From the NCBI GenBank assembly GCA_017412045.1, contig JAFQOX010000128.1:29012-93011 (forward strand): 64,000 bases of DNA, written 5' to 3'. The translations under genes and the position numbers were made by a program. Below, piece after piece: positions 17,796 through 27,043 of the stretch. The notes under the pieces are model-generated. The model was given only the letters and a program-made list of their open reading frames with translations. It was not told the DNA's origin and did not search any database. Source of the stretch: Clostridia bacterium (GTDB taxonomy: Bacteria > Bacillota > Clostridia > Oscillospirales > CAG-272). Numbering within the stretch: the stretch's first letter is position 1; each line of letters begins with the position of its first letter.

Positions 17796-18461
17796 TTACA
17801 GCTTCCAGACGGTGAAGCTGTGCTCCACCGGTTCGTTCGTGCAAATGGAAACGCGATAGCCGGGAATGTCGCGGATTTCCTTGAAAAAGGCGTCGGCTTG
17901 CGGGAGATGATCCTGATACATGGTGCAGACGCCTCTGTGAAAATCGCATTTCAGCGTGGAAAGACCGATCGCGAAGCCCTTGCCTCGCATTTTGACGTAG
18001 CTTTCGCGCAGGGTCCAGAGACGGCAGAACGCCTCGTTGGGATTGGCAGAGAGCATCATCGCGGCGTATTCGTTGCGCGAGAAGAAGCGGTTGGCAACGC
18101 CCATCGCTTCGTGCGGTCGGTTCGTATTTTCGACGTCGACGCCGCATTCTACGTCGGAAACGGTCAGAATGGCGATGTCGCCGCTGTGAGAGAGATTGAA
18201 ATGAAGCGCGGGATGATTTTTGAGCGAGGGCTTGCCGTACTCATTGGTTTCCAGCTCGATGTCGGTGAGTCCGAAGGATTTTTTCAGGACCTCGTCGAGG
18301 AGCAGGCCCGCGCCGAGCAGAGCCGCTTTGGTTTCCGCGCGCTTGGTCGTTTCGATGCGCTGTTTTCTTTCGGGAGAAACACGGTCTATATAGTCTGCGA
18401 TCGCTTTTTCCGATCGGAGAAAGGAGATATTCAGATAATATGTTTTTGCGTATGCCATCAT
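17796..18461 (-). CDS. 4'-phosphopantetheinyl transferase, Sfp type
   Basis: 221 aa; 'GKPSL...FNLSHSGD...GVDVE' and 'WTLRESYVKMRGKG' PPTase motifs. Confidence 0.88.
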   Translation of the reverse strand: MMAYAKTYYLNISFLRSEKAIADYIDRVSPERKQRIETTKRAETKAALLGAGLLLDEVLKKSFGLTDIELETNEYGKPSLKNHPALHFNLSHSGDIAILTVSDVECGVDVENTNRPHEAMGVANRFFSRNEYAAMMLSANPNEAFCRLWTLRESYVKMRGKGFAIGLSTLKCDFHRGVCTMYQDHLPQADAFFKEIRDIPGYRVSICTNEPVEHSFTVWKL

Positions 18462-18659
18462 AAGCCTCCGAAGCTGTGATTTTTGAGAATTCGTGATATC
18501 AATATATCATATTTTGGAAGTAAAGTCAATTTGCTGAAAAGATTTTTCATACGGAAGTGAAAAAATATTTTTCTTTTTTCTATAGACAAAACGCAGGAAA
18601 TTTGGTACAATGATAAATGAATGAAAAATCATTTTTTGTGAAAGGAACGGTGAAGCATT

Positions 18660-19313
18660 TTGATCAAAGCCGCAATTCTTGATTTTGACGGTACGCTGGC
18701 AAATACCTTGCCCGATTTGAAGATCACTCTGAATCTGACGCGCGAAGCATACGGACTTCCCCCCGTAACGGAGGAGGATATTCTGGTCCACGTCAATAAC
18801 CATATGCCCGTCTATATCCGACGCATGATTCCCGAGCTGGGAGACGAAACGCTCTGGGATGAGGCGCTGGAAAAATATTACGCGTTTTACGACGATCATT
18901 ATCTTGCGGAGACCGTGCCTTATCCCGGCGTTCCCGAAATGCTCGCGAAGCTGAAGGCGCAGGGAATGAAGCTGGCGGTCATGTCCAACAAAAACCATTC
19001 CCATATTGTGAAAATGGTGGACGCGCTGTTTCCCGACACGTTCGATTCCGTCTGGGGCACGATCCCCGAGGTTCCCGCGAAGCCGAATCCTGCGCGCGCG
19101 TATCTGATCGCAGAGGAATTCGGTCTGGATATTTCGGAAATCGCGTTTATCGGCGACTCCGACGTGGATATGATCACCGCTTGCAATGCGGGCGCAGTTC
19201 CCGTGGGCGTTGCGTGGGGCTACCGTCCCGCTGACGTGCTTCGTGAAAACGGCGCGGCGTATACGCCGGAAAATGCGGAGGAGCTGTATCGGGTTCTGAC
19301 CTCGTTGGCGTGA
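18660..19313 (+). CDS. HAD-family hydrolase (phosphoglycolate phosphatase-like)
   Basis: 217 aa, TTG start; 'ILDFDGTLANT', 'MSNK', 'IGDSDVDM' HAD motifs I-IV. Confidence 0.88.
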   Translation: MIKAAILDFDGTLANTLPDLKITLNLTREAYGLPPVTEEDILVHVNNHMPVYIRRMIPELGDETLWDEALEKYYAFYDDHYLAETVPYPGVPEMLAKLKAQGMKLAVMSNKNHSHIVKMVDALFPDTFDSVWGTIPEVPAKPNPARAYLIAEEFGLDISEIAFIGDSDVDMITACNAGAVPVGVAWGYRPADVLRENGAAYTPENAEELYRVLTSLA

Positions 19314-19391
19314 TCGATTGATAAAAGAACGGTAAAAACAAATTATAAATTTACAGAAAGGACTTTTCCGTCTGGAAAAGGGTACAAAACC

Positions 19392-20249
19392 ATGAAATTA
19401 CCATTTGAAATTGACCTGAAGGGTAAAGTTGCCGTCGTTACGGGCGGCGGCGGTGTTCTTTGCTCCGGCTTCGCAAAAACGCTTGCGGCTTGCGGCGCGA
19501 AGGTTGCCGTTTGCGACCTCCGTCTGGACGCAGCGGAAGCAGTTGCGGCTGAAATCCGCGCAGAGGGCGGCATTGCGATGGGCGTTGCGGCTAACGTATT
19601 GGAGCGCGCTTCCATGGAAGCGGCAAGAGATCTGATCACCGAGGCTTACGGCACCTGCGACATCCTTCTGAACGGTGCGGGCGGTAACAATCCCCGCGGT
19701 CAGACCACCAAGGAATATCTGGAGCCCGAGGATCTCGAAAACGTTGCGGAGGACGTTCGCACCTTCTTCGATCTCGATCCCGACGGCGTCGGCTTCGTAT
19801 TCAATCTGAACTTCCTCGGCACGCTGATCCCCACGCAGGTATTCGCGCGCGATATGGCAAAGAAGACCGGAACGACCATCATCAACGTTTCCAGCATGAA
19901 CAGCTTCCGTCCTCTGACCAAGATTCCCGCATATTCCGGCGCAAAGGCTGCCGTATCCAACTTCACGCAGTGGCTCGCCGTTCACTTCTCCAAGGTCGGC
20001 GTTCGTGTCAACGCGATCGCGCCCGGCTTCTTCATTACCAAGCAGAACGAAGCACTTCTTCTCAATGCGGACGGTTCTTATACGCCCCGCTCCGAAAAGA
20101 TCCTTGCGCACACGCCCATGGGCCGCTTCGGTACGCCCGACGATCTGACGGGTACCCTGCTCTGGCTCTGCGATAACGAGGCTTCCGGATTTGTTAACGG
20201 CGTCGTTGTTCCCGTTGACGGCGGTTTTGCGGCTTATTCCGGCGTTTGA
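19392..20249 (+). CDS. SDR-family oxidoreductase
   Basis: 285 aa; 'VVTGGGGVLC' Rossmann motif, 'YSGAKAAV' catalytic YxxxK. Confidence 0.9.
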   Translation: MKLPFEIDLKGKVAVVTGGGGVLCSGFAKTLAACGAKVAVCDLRLDAAEAVAAEIRAEGGIAMGVAANVLERASMEAARDLITEAYGTCDILLNGAGGNNPRGQTTKEYLEPEDLENVAEDVRTFFDLDPDGVGFVFNLNFLGTLIPTQVFARDMAKKTGTTIINVSSMNSFRPLTKIPAYSGAKAAVSNFTQWLAVHFSKVGVRVNAIAPGFFITKQNEALLLNADGSYTPRSEKILAHTPMGRFGTPDDLTGTLLWLCDNEASGFVNGVVVPVDGGFAAYSGV

Positions 20250-20312
20250 TCTGCCTTTTCAGCCCCAATTATGATTTTTGTAAAAAGAATCCGTAAATTT
20301 TATGAAAAACTA

Positions 20313-20341
20313 TTGCATTTTTGATTTTTTCGTGCTATAGT
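20313..20341 (+). promoter_or_regulatory. Sigma-A-type promoter for secG
   Basis: TTGCAT (20313-20318) - 17 nt - TATAGT (20336-20341). Confidence 0.6.
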
Positions 20342-20452
20342 ATTATGTAGCTATCACGATAGTTGTAGTATGATGGTAAAATGACGGATTCGCACCGAAT
20401 GGTTGGCGGGGGTGCGAAATTTCATAATTCCGCCGGAAAAGGAGATTGAAAC

Positions 20453-20695
20453 ATGAGTCCTCTGCAGATTATTCTTGGTATTATTTTGCTCGTCGCAGCG
20501 ATTTTCCTGATTGTTGTCGTTATGCTTCAGGATAAAGCAAAACGCGGTCTTTCCGGCGCGATTGCCGGTGGAAGCAACGAGAATACGCTCAGCAAGAACA
20601 GTGCGCCTCAGAAAGGCAAATGGCTTTCCAAGCTGACCACGATCATTGCAATCGTGTTCGTTGCTGTCGTTGTGATTGCATACCTTTTCACTTAA
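20453..20695 (+). CDS. secG: Preprotein translocase subunit SecG
   Basis: 80 aa, two TM helices flanking 'GLSGAIAGGS'; AAGGAG RBS. Confidence 0.9.
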   Translation: MSPLQIILGIILLVAAIFLIVVVMLQDKAKRGLSGAIAGGSNENTLSKNSAPQKGKWLSKLTTIIAIVFVAVVVIAYLFT

Positions 20696-20717
20696 GATTA
20701 TCATGAAAATACAAAGC

Positions 20718-20757
20718 TCCGCGGATCGCTTCGGCTGTCCGCGGATTTTGTATTTTT
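20718..20757 (+). terminator. Intrinsic terminator after secG
   Basis: tccgcgga...tccgcgga stem followed by TTTTGTATTTTTT. Confidence 0.8.
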
Positions 20758-20853
20758 TGAAAAAATATATTTACTTGTTAATATATTTATGGTATAATTA
20801 TTTTGATAGCGGTTAAAAACCCTATAAAAAATATTTTCAGAAAGGATGATTGC

Positions 20854-21861
20854 ATGAAGAATAAAGAAAAAAATCCCCGCTTGGGCAAGGTCGGCGGTCA
20901 GGCGCTGCTGGAAGGCATCATGATGCGCAGCGGTGAGGACGTCGCGATTTCCGTTCGCGCCACGGACGGTACGATCCGTTCAAAAAGGAAAAAATTTATT
21001 TCTGCAAGAAACAAATATAAATTCTTCGGTTTGCCTCTGGTCCGGGGCGTCGTCTCCTTTGTCGAGTCCATGAGACTTTCCTTCTCCACGACGAACGACG
21101 GCGTGGATATGCTCGGAATCGAGGAAGAGGAAACGAAATTTGAAAAATGGCTCAAGAAAAAATTCGGCGCGGGTCTGATGGACGTGCTGATGCCGATTGC
21201 TATTGTTTTGGCTCTTTTGCTTGCCGTCGGTATGTTTATCTATCTGCCGTCCCTGTTCGGCGGTCTGATCGCGAAGCTGTTCGGAGACGACATCGGCATC
21301 TGGCAGAGCGTTCTGGAGGGTGTCCTGAAGATCCTGATCTTCGTCGGTTATATACTTTTGATTTCGCTTATGCCCGATATCCGGAGAACCTTTGAATATC
21401 ACGGTGCGGAGCATAAATCCATCTTCTGCTATGAAAGCGGAGAAGAATTGACGGTGGAAAACGTGCGGAAGCATAAACGCTTCCATCCTCGCTGCGGTAC
21501 GAGCTTTATGTTCGTGATGATCCTGATCGGCATCATCGTCGGCTTTTTCATTCCGTTTCAGAATACGTTGTTGCGCGCCGTCTGCAAGCTGCTTTTGCTC
21601 CCCTTGACCGTCGGCATCGGCTTTGAATTTCTGATGTACGCGGGCAAGCACGACAATTTCGTGGTTCGCGCACTTTCCGCCCCCGGTATCCTTATGCAGA
21701 GAATTACGACCAAGGAGCCTTCCGACGATCAGATCGAGGTCGCGATCAAATCCCTGAAGCTTGCCATGCCCGGGGAATTCCCCGAGGAAGAAATGCTTGC
21801 GCCCGACCCCAAGCCGCAGGCGGAGCCATCGAATGCGGATGAAGGCGACGTCAAGGCATGA
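20854..21861 (+). CDS. DUF1385 (YqhQ-like) membrane protein
   Basis: start at ATG 20854 (MKNKEKNPRLGKVGGQALLEGIMMR); 'YHGAEHK' motif; conserved partner upstream of prmC. Confidence 0.88.
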   Translation: MKNKEKNPRLGKVGGQALLEGIMMRSGEDVAISVRATDGTIRSKRKKFISARNKYKFFGLPLVRGVVSFVESMRLSFSTTNDGVDMLGIEEEETKFEKWLKKKFGAGLMDVLMPIAIVLALLLAVGMFIYLPSLFGGLIAKLFGDDIGIWQSVLEGVLKILIFVGYILLISLMPDIRRTFEYHGAEHKSIFCYESGEELTVENVRKHKRFHPRCGTSFMFVMILIGIIVGFFIPFQNTLLRAVCKLLLLPLTVGIGFEFLMYAGKHDNFVVRALSAPGILMQRITTKEPSDDQIEVAIKSLKLAMPGEFPEEEMLAPDPKPQAEPSNADEGDVKA

Positions 21862-22703
21862 GGATTGATCTTTTTTACAGAAAATTGAGGAGGCTTCTTC
21901 TGGATTCCGCGGGAGAAGCCGCTTCGTATGAAGCGAAGGAAATCATCGGCTCGGTTCTGGCTCTGAACGAATCCGAGATCGGAACGGTTCCCTTTTCAGG
22001 CAGAGAAATATCCGAGGACGCCTGCGCGAGAGCGGAGGCACTTGCCAAACGGAGAAATACCCGTGAGCCTCTGGAATATATCCTGGGCAAGGCTTGGTTC
22101 TTCGGTCTGCAATTTGACGTCACGGACGACTGTCTGATTCCGCAATCGGATACGGAGATCGTTTGCGAACGGTTGATTTTCTCGTTGGAAAGCGGCAGCC
22201 GCTTCGCGGACATTTGCACGGGAAGCGGATGCATCGCCCTTGCGGCGCTTGCCAATTCCGAAGATACGACCGCTATCGGCTACGATATTTCGGAAGGTGC
22301 GCTGGCGGTGGCGAGAGAAAATGCCAAGAAATTTGATTTGGCGCATCGGTTTTCTGCGCGGCAGGCTGACGTATTTTCTCCGGATTTTCTTTCCGGCGAA
22401 GAGCCCTTTGACTGTATCGTGTCCAATCCGCCCTATATTGAGACCGGGGTGATCGACACGCTTTCTCCCGAGGTGAGAAAGGAGCCCCGTATTGCTTTGG
22501 ACGGCGGTGCGGACGGACTCAGATTTTACCGTCGCCTGCTCGAGGCTTGTCCCCCTCATATCAAAAAGGGCGGGCGCTTGCTTCTGGAGATCGGCTACGA
22601 TCAGAGGGACGCTTTGCAGAGGCTCTGTGATGAGCGGGGCTTCCGATGTGAATTTTATCGTGATTTCGGCGGAAACGACCGTGTTTGCGCCGTATTCTTA
22701 TAA
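21858..22703 (+). CDS. prmC: Release-factor glutamine N5-methyltransferase
   Basis: 281 aa; 'DICTGSGCI' SAM motif and 'VSNPPYI'; 4-nt overlap with upstream gene. Confidence 0.93.
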   Translation: MRIDLFYRKLRRLLLDSAGEAASYEAKEIIGSVLALNESEIGTVPFSGREISEDACARAEALAKRRNTREPLEYILGKAWFFGLQFDVTDDCLIPQSDTEIVCERLIFSLESGSRFADICTGSGCIALAALANSEDTTAIGYDISEGALAVARENAKKFDLAHRFSARQADVFSPDFLSGEEPFDCIVSNPPYIETGVIDTLSPEVRKEPRIALDGGADGLRFYRRLLEACPPHIKKGGRLLLEIGYDQRDALQRLCDERGFRCEFYRDFGGNDRVCAVFL

Positions 22704-22730
22704 TTATTTATGAAAGGTTCGGTACTTGTT

Positions 22731-23102
22731 ATGAAAAAAATCAGCACAACCAACGCGCCGGCGGCTGTCGGCCCCTATTCTCAGGCGATCCTGTGCGGAG
22801 ACTTCCTTTTCACCTCCGGTCAGATCGGTCTTGATCCTGCGACCGGCGCCTTCGCAGGCGACGACGTCGTTACGCAGGCAAAGCAGGTTTGCGAAAATCT
22901 GAAGGCTGTCCTTGCAGAAGCAGGCATGACCTTTGAAAACGTCATCAAAACCACCTGCTTCCTTGCGGATATCGCAGACTTTGCGGCATTCAACGCCGTC
23001 TATGCAGACTATTTCATCAGCCTTCCCGCACGCTCCTGCGTTGCGGCAAAGGATCTGCCCAAGGGCGCGCTTTGCGAAGTAGAGGTTATCGCAAAGAAAT
23101 AA
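22731..23102 (+). CDS. ridA: RidA/YjgF-family reactive intermediate deaminase
   Basis: start at ATG 22731 (MKKISTTNAPAAVGPYSQA...); 'PARSCVAAKDLPKGALCEVE' C-terminus. Confidence 0.93.
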   Translation: MKKISTTNAPAAVGPYSQAILCGDFLFTSGQIGLDPATGAFAGDDVVTQAKQVCENLKAVLAEAGMTFENVIKTTCFLADIADFAAFNAVYADYFISLPARSCVAAKDLPKGALCEVEVIAKK

Positions 23103-23150
23103 TAGTCAATTTCTTGAGCGATGTTCAAAAGCAAAGAATTGAACAACGAT

Positions 23151-23202
23151 CAAAAAACGGAACGGCGTCAGATTTCCGATCTGCCGCCGTTCCGTTTTTT
23201 TG
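23151..23202. terminator. Bidirectional intrinsic terminator
   Basis: 12-bp stem aacggaacggcg/cgccgttccgtt flanked by an A-run and a T-run. Confidence 0.85.
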
Positions 23203-23216
23203 CTACCATGAAATCG

Positions 23217-23699
23217 TTATACGGTGGGAGCTTCAAAACCGTGCACGAATCCGTTCACGTCGGCGGAGCAAACGTCGCCGCCGACGACCTTGTTTTTATA
23301 AACCAGCATACTAAGATAAACGGTGCCTTCATAATCGGGATAATTTTCCACCTTGTACGTATAGCGCGTCACGGTCTTGCCCTTGTATTTCGCGAGATTC
23401 AAGCCCTGTTCCTTTTGCATTTCATTATAACCGAGATAGACGTTGTCGAACGTTTCGGGTACGCAGACCTCCACGGTTTCCAGAGGCGTTTCCGCTACCT
23501 TCCAGCCGAACTGCTCGATGAAGGCGATCCGGTCGCTGTTTTCGTAGATCTTCACGTAAGAAATGTCGGAAGCGACGGGCGTTCCCTCCTTGGCATTGTA
23601 GGAAGGAATGAGCGCAACGAGCGAGACGAGTACGACGAGAGAAAGCGCGATGGCGCACACAAATTTGATGGTTGCCGAACGAATGGAATAAACGAACAT
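23217..23699 (-). CDS. DUF4830-like membrane-anchored protein
   Basis: 160 aa; N-terminal TM; 'FIEQFGW...' pattern recalled from DUF4830; assignment from memory only. Confidence 0.6.
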   Translation of the reverse strand: MFVYSIRSATIKFVCAIALSLVVLVSLVALIPSYNAKEGTPVASDISYVKIYENSDRIAFIEQFGWKVAETPLETVEVCVPETFDNVYLGYNEMQKEQGLNLAKYKGKTVTRYTYKVENYPDYEGTVYLSMLVYKNKVVGGDVCSADVNGFVHGFEAPTV

Positions 23700-23765
23700 A
23701 AAGAAATCCTCCGAATCTGATGTTTTGTAAACATTGTATTCGGAGGATTTGATTTTATGACAGCT

Positions 23766-24428
23766 TCAGGAATTTGAGGCTTCGGAATTTTCTTTGATTT
23801 CCGCTTTCTTTTCGGCTTTTTTCTCAGCCTTTCTTTCCGCTTTTTTTTCGGCTTTCTTCTCAGCCTTTTCCGTTTTCGTGTCGTTCTCCTCGGATTCCGA
23901 CTTGGTTGCGACCGTATTGTAGGCATACATGGCGACGACGCGGGAAGCGTTGGCGCTCAATGCATTTTCGATCGCGATGGCGCTCAGGATCTGTTTGGTG
24001 TTGGCTTCGGAAACGGAAACGGCGAGCTTGGCTTTTTTGACTGCCGAGCGAAGCGCGTTTTCGTACATTTCCGCAAATTGATCCAGCGCGGTTTCGATAT
24101 TGCTCGCGGAAACGCTCTGATTGAGGATATCGGAGATGGAGGAGATTTCCAGAATGGATTTGGCGGAGCATATGATCAGCAGAAGCGCCAGATGGGTACG
24201 GTTATACCGTTTATTCTGCGGAGGCGGCAGCGCGCCGTTCTTGACGTAATTGTTGATCATGGAGGGCGTGATGGGCGCTTTGCTCTCGGGATATAAGGGG
24301 CGGAGATATTTTTCGATCAGTCCGATGACCTGATCCATATAAAGTTCAAACTCGGGGAGCTCGTTCCAACGGGGCAGGTGCAGATTGGCAACGGTGTCGC
24401 ACGAAGTAAAAAAATCGGTTTTTTCCAT
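23766..24428 (-). CDS. DUF1836-like protein with C-terminal (KAEKKAE)n tail
   Basis: start at ATG 24428 (MEKTDFFTS..., AAGGAA RBS); 'LPRWNELPEFELYMDQV...ITPSMINNYVK'; tail 'KTEKAEKKAEKKAERKAEKKAEKKAEIK'. Confidence 0.7.
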   Translation of the reverse strand: MEKTDFFTSCDTVANLHLPRWNELPEFELYMDQVIGLIEKYLRPLYPESKAPITPSMINNYVKNGALPPPQNKRYNRTHLALLLIICSAKSILEISSISDILNQSVSASNIETALDQFAEMYENALRSAVKKAKLAVSVSEANTKQILSAIAIENALSANASRVVAMYAYNTVATKSESEENDTKTEKAEKKAEKKAERKAEKKAEKKAEIKENSEASNS

Positions 24429-24553
24429 AGCAGATTCCTTTGTTTTCTTAATAAAATCGAAGCAGACGTTCGTAATTTTTATCAGTATAGCACTTTTTTT
24501 GAAAAAAATCAATATTTGTTTTTTAAAATGGCTAAAATATTTTTGTAAAACTA

Positions 24554-24582
24554 TTGACAAAATAACGGAAAGTGTTTATAAT
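24554..24582 (+). promoter_or_regulatory. Consensus sigma-A promoter
   Basis: TTGACA (24554-24559) - 17 nt - TATAAT (24577-24582). Confidence 0.7.
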
Positions 24583-24672
24583 GGTTTTGAAAACCAGATG
24601 AGATTGTTTTATTGTGCTGGAAGTGATTTTGAAAATAAAATCGAGCGTTCTCGATGATTCAGGAGGAATGAA

Positions 24673-25245
24673 ATGGAAAAATTTTGTAAAATTGTTCGTA
24701 TGTTGACGCTGGCTCCCGTGTTGGCGGCGTTTTCCATTACGATGATCGGTTTGTTTTGTCCGGGTGTGTTTCCGACAGTATGGCATTTTGCTTACATGAT
24801 TCTGTATCTTGGTGTTTTGCCCTTGCTTGCGTATCCGTTGCAGTCGGTCACGCCGCATTTCAAGGATAAAGGCAGAGACGGTCAAAGAACGCTTGCCATG
24901 CTTTATGCGGTGGCGGGATATATTTTTTGTCTGATCACCAATCTTCTCGCGTCTGCCTCGAGAGGAATGTGGATCATTTGTCTGGAATATCTGCTTTCCG
25001 GTATTTTGATTCTCGTTTTTAATAAGGGCTTGCACATCAAGCTCAGCGCGCACGGCTGCGGCTCTGCGGGACCGATCTTTCTGCTTTTGTATTTTGGTCT
25101 TTACGTCCCCGCGGTATTGATGTCGGTCGTGACCGTGTTTGCTTACGTGGCGAGTGTGAAGGCGAAGCATCATACCGTTCCTCAGCTCGTCGGCGGCAGC
25201 GCGGTTTCCGTGTTGCTCCTGATGTGCCTGGCTTGTATTTTATAA
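24673..25245 (+). CDS. Hypothetical polytopic membrane protein
   Basis: 190 aa, 5-6 hydrophobic spans, GGAGGA RBS; faint PAP2-like 'SAHG...HH' pattern, not convincing. Confidence 0.6.
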   Translation: MEKFCKIVRMLTLAPVLAAFSITMIGLFCPGVFPTVWHFAYMILYLGVLPLLAYPLQSVTPHFKDKGRDGQRTLAMLYAVAGYIFCLITNLLASASRGMWIICLEYLLSGILILVFNKGLHIKLSAHGCGSAGPIFLLLYFGLYVPAVLMSVVTVFAYVASVKAKHHTVPQLVGGSAVSVLLLMCLACIL

Positions 25246-25271
25246 GCGATCCATTGATATGAAAATAGGGG

Positions 25272-25310
25272 AAACGCCCGTTTGAACTTTGTTCAAACGG
25301 GCGTTTTCGT
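25272..25310. terminator. Bidirectional intrinsic terminator
   Basis: 16-bp stem aaacgcccgtttgaac/gttcaaacgggcgttt. Confidence 0.85.
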
Positions 25311-25325
25311 TAAAAGAAGAACCTG

Positions 25326-26327
25326 TTATTCGGGGCGAACGGCTTGGCTTTCACTTTCGTGCGTCACGGTTGCGCGGTCGGGATCGGCGTTTTCGACCTT
25401 ATGGGTATTCAGCGCGTTGAAAATTTCCGCGGATACGGTTTCCGGGATTTCAAAGATATAGGTGACCGTAAACTCTTTTTGGATCAGGAGATAGCCGTTA
25501 TCGTAGATGCGGAAGCTGACGACACCGGCAAGCGGCATTTCGCCGTAAAAGGTGGCGTGGGCGGTGCAGTCTTTCAAGATCTCCTTTTCCAGCTTGGGAA
25601 AACCGCCGTCATCGGTAAGCGCGTAAAGCGCGGTATCGGCGTTGGCGATGGAGGCGATGGCGTTCTCCAATATTTCGGCTTTTACGGTGCAGTGGCTTCT
25701 GACCGTACCTTTCGCGGAGGGATAGGAGAGCGTGAGTCCCGTTCTTGCGGACATTTCGGCATCCAGCGTGAAGAGCTGATATAATTCCTCGAAATTCCGC
25801 ATGGAATGCGCGGTATTGATATAGGTATAATAATGATCGGTCGTCAGAGCGTCGCCTTTGTCAAGATAGCGGATGCAGACGGCGACGTCGGGAGCAACGC
25901 CCTTGATTTCATAAATTTCCGCGCGGAGAAATTCCGTATCGGTATCTTCTTTCAGAAGGTAGTTCCGCCAGAAGGATTTGATTTCGGTATCGCCGAGCTT
26001 TTCCCCGACGTAAGCGGCATCGATGGCGCGCAGGGAGGTATAGTCGGCGTAGCGGGAATCGTGGATGACGGCGATTTTTCTTTTCTCGAGAACGCCGTCC
26101 TCCGAGAGGACCTGCTCGGGATCATCCCAGCGGACTGCGGGATCGCCGGAAAAAAGCGGTTGCAGGAAAAATACGCCTGCCAGCAAAAGAATGGCGAAGC
26201 TTGCCGCCATCGAGCCCCATCGCAGGAGGACGCGGCGGGCGTTCGTTTTCTTCTGATAAGCTGCGGCTTCCTCGATATAGACGGAATCCACGTCGTTCAG
26301 AGCGGTTGAAATTTTTTCTCGTTTCAT
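25326..26327 (-). CDS. Putative anti-sigma factor: single TM plus roughly 260-aa extracytoplasmic domain
   Basis: start ATG 26327 overlaps the sigma gene stop (ATGA); short cytoplasmic N-terminus, TM 'WGSMAASFAILLLAGVFF'. Confidence 0.65.
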   Translation of the reverse strand: MKREKISTALNDVDSVYIEEAAAYQKKTNARRVLLRWGSMAASFAILLLAGVFFLQPLFSGDPAVRWDDPEQVLSEDGVLEKRKIAVIHDSRYADYTSLRAIDAAYVGEKLGDTEIKSFWRNYLLKEDTDTEFLRAEIYEIKGVAPDVAVCIRYLDKGDALTTDHYYTYINTAHSMRNFEELYQLFTLDAEMSARTGLTLSYPSAKGTVRSHCTVKAEILENAIASIANADTALYALTDDGGFPKLEKEILKDCTAHATFYGEMPLAGVVSFRIYDNGYLLIQKEFTVTYIFEIPETVSAEIFNALNTHKVENADPDRATVTHESESQAVRPE

Positions 26328-26902
26328 ACGTAATATCCTTTCTGTATTAAAAATTTTTTGAGCTTTTCCCTGATCCTGGAAAGCTTGACGCTGACGAAAT
26401 GCGCGGTTTTTCCAAGCTCGGCGGCGATTTCCGAAACGGATTCGGCGTACCAATAGCGTTTGACGAAAATAACGCGGTCTTCCTGCTTTTGCATGGCGAG
26501 AAATTCATTGAACAGGCGCGAAAGCGCGCTCGTCTCCAAGGCTTCAAACGCATCCCCTTCCGACAGGCATTCCTCCAATTCGTCCAGCGCGACGTCGTAG
26601 AAGCCGTTTCTTTTCTGCGCTGTATTTTTATGGTATCTGACGGTTGCGATATTGCGTACGATCCGATAAAGGAATGCCGAAAGAGAGTCCGGCTTCTTCG
26701 GCGGAATGGCTTCCCAAACGGCGAGATAGGCATCGTTTACGCATTCTTCCGCATCGGATTCGTTGCGCAGGACGTTGAAGGCGATCTTTTTACACGTTTT
26801 TTCGTATTTTTCGGAAAGCCGCGCGATGGCGTTTTCGTTTCTTTCGAAAAACAGGGCAACGATTTTTTGATCTTCCAATTGTTTTCCTCCTTTCTTCCTC
26901 AT
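26324..26902 (-). CDS. ECF-type sigma-70 family RNA polymerase sigma factor
   Basis: region 2 'DAEECVNDAYLAVW', region 4 HTH 'SVSEIAAELGKTAHFVSVKLSRIR'. Start is ATG 26902, or TTG 26878 just after GGAGGA. Confidence 0.85.
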   Translation of the reverse strand: MRKKGGKQLEDQKIVALFFERNENAIARLSEKYEKTCKKIAFNVLRNESDAEECVNDAYLAVWEAIPPKKPDSLSAFLYRIVRNIATVRYHKNTAQKRNGFYDVALDELEECLSEGDAFEALETSALSRLFNEFLAMQKQEDRVIFVKRYWYAESVSEIAAELGKTAHFVSVKLSRIREKLKKFLIQKGYYV

Positions 26903-27043
26903 CCATACAGTAAAGATTTGACGGAAAATATCTCGGAATACGAAAAAATTTTGACAGAAAATACGGACGGTCGTGAAAAATTCCCGATAAACGAAAAGCG
27001 GCAGAGATCCGATCTCTGCCGCAGATGCGCGGAAAATCAAATA

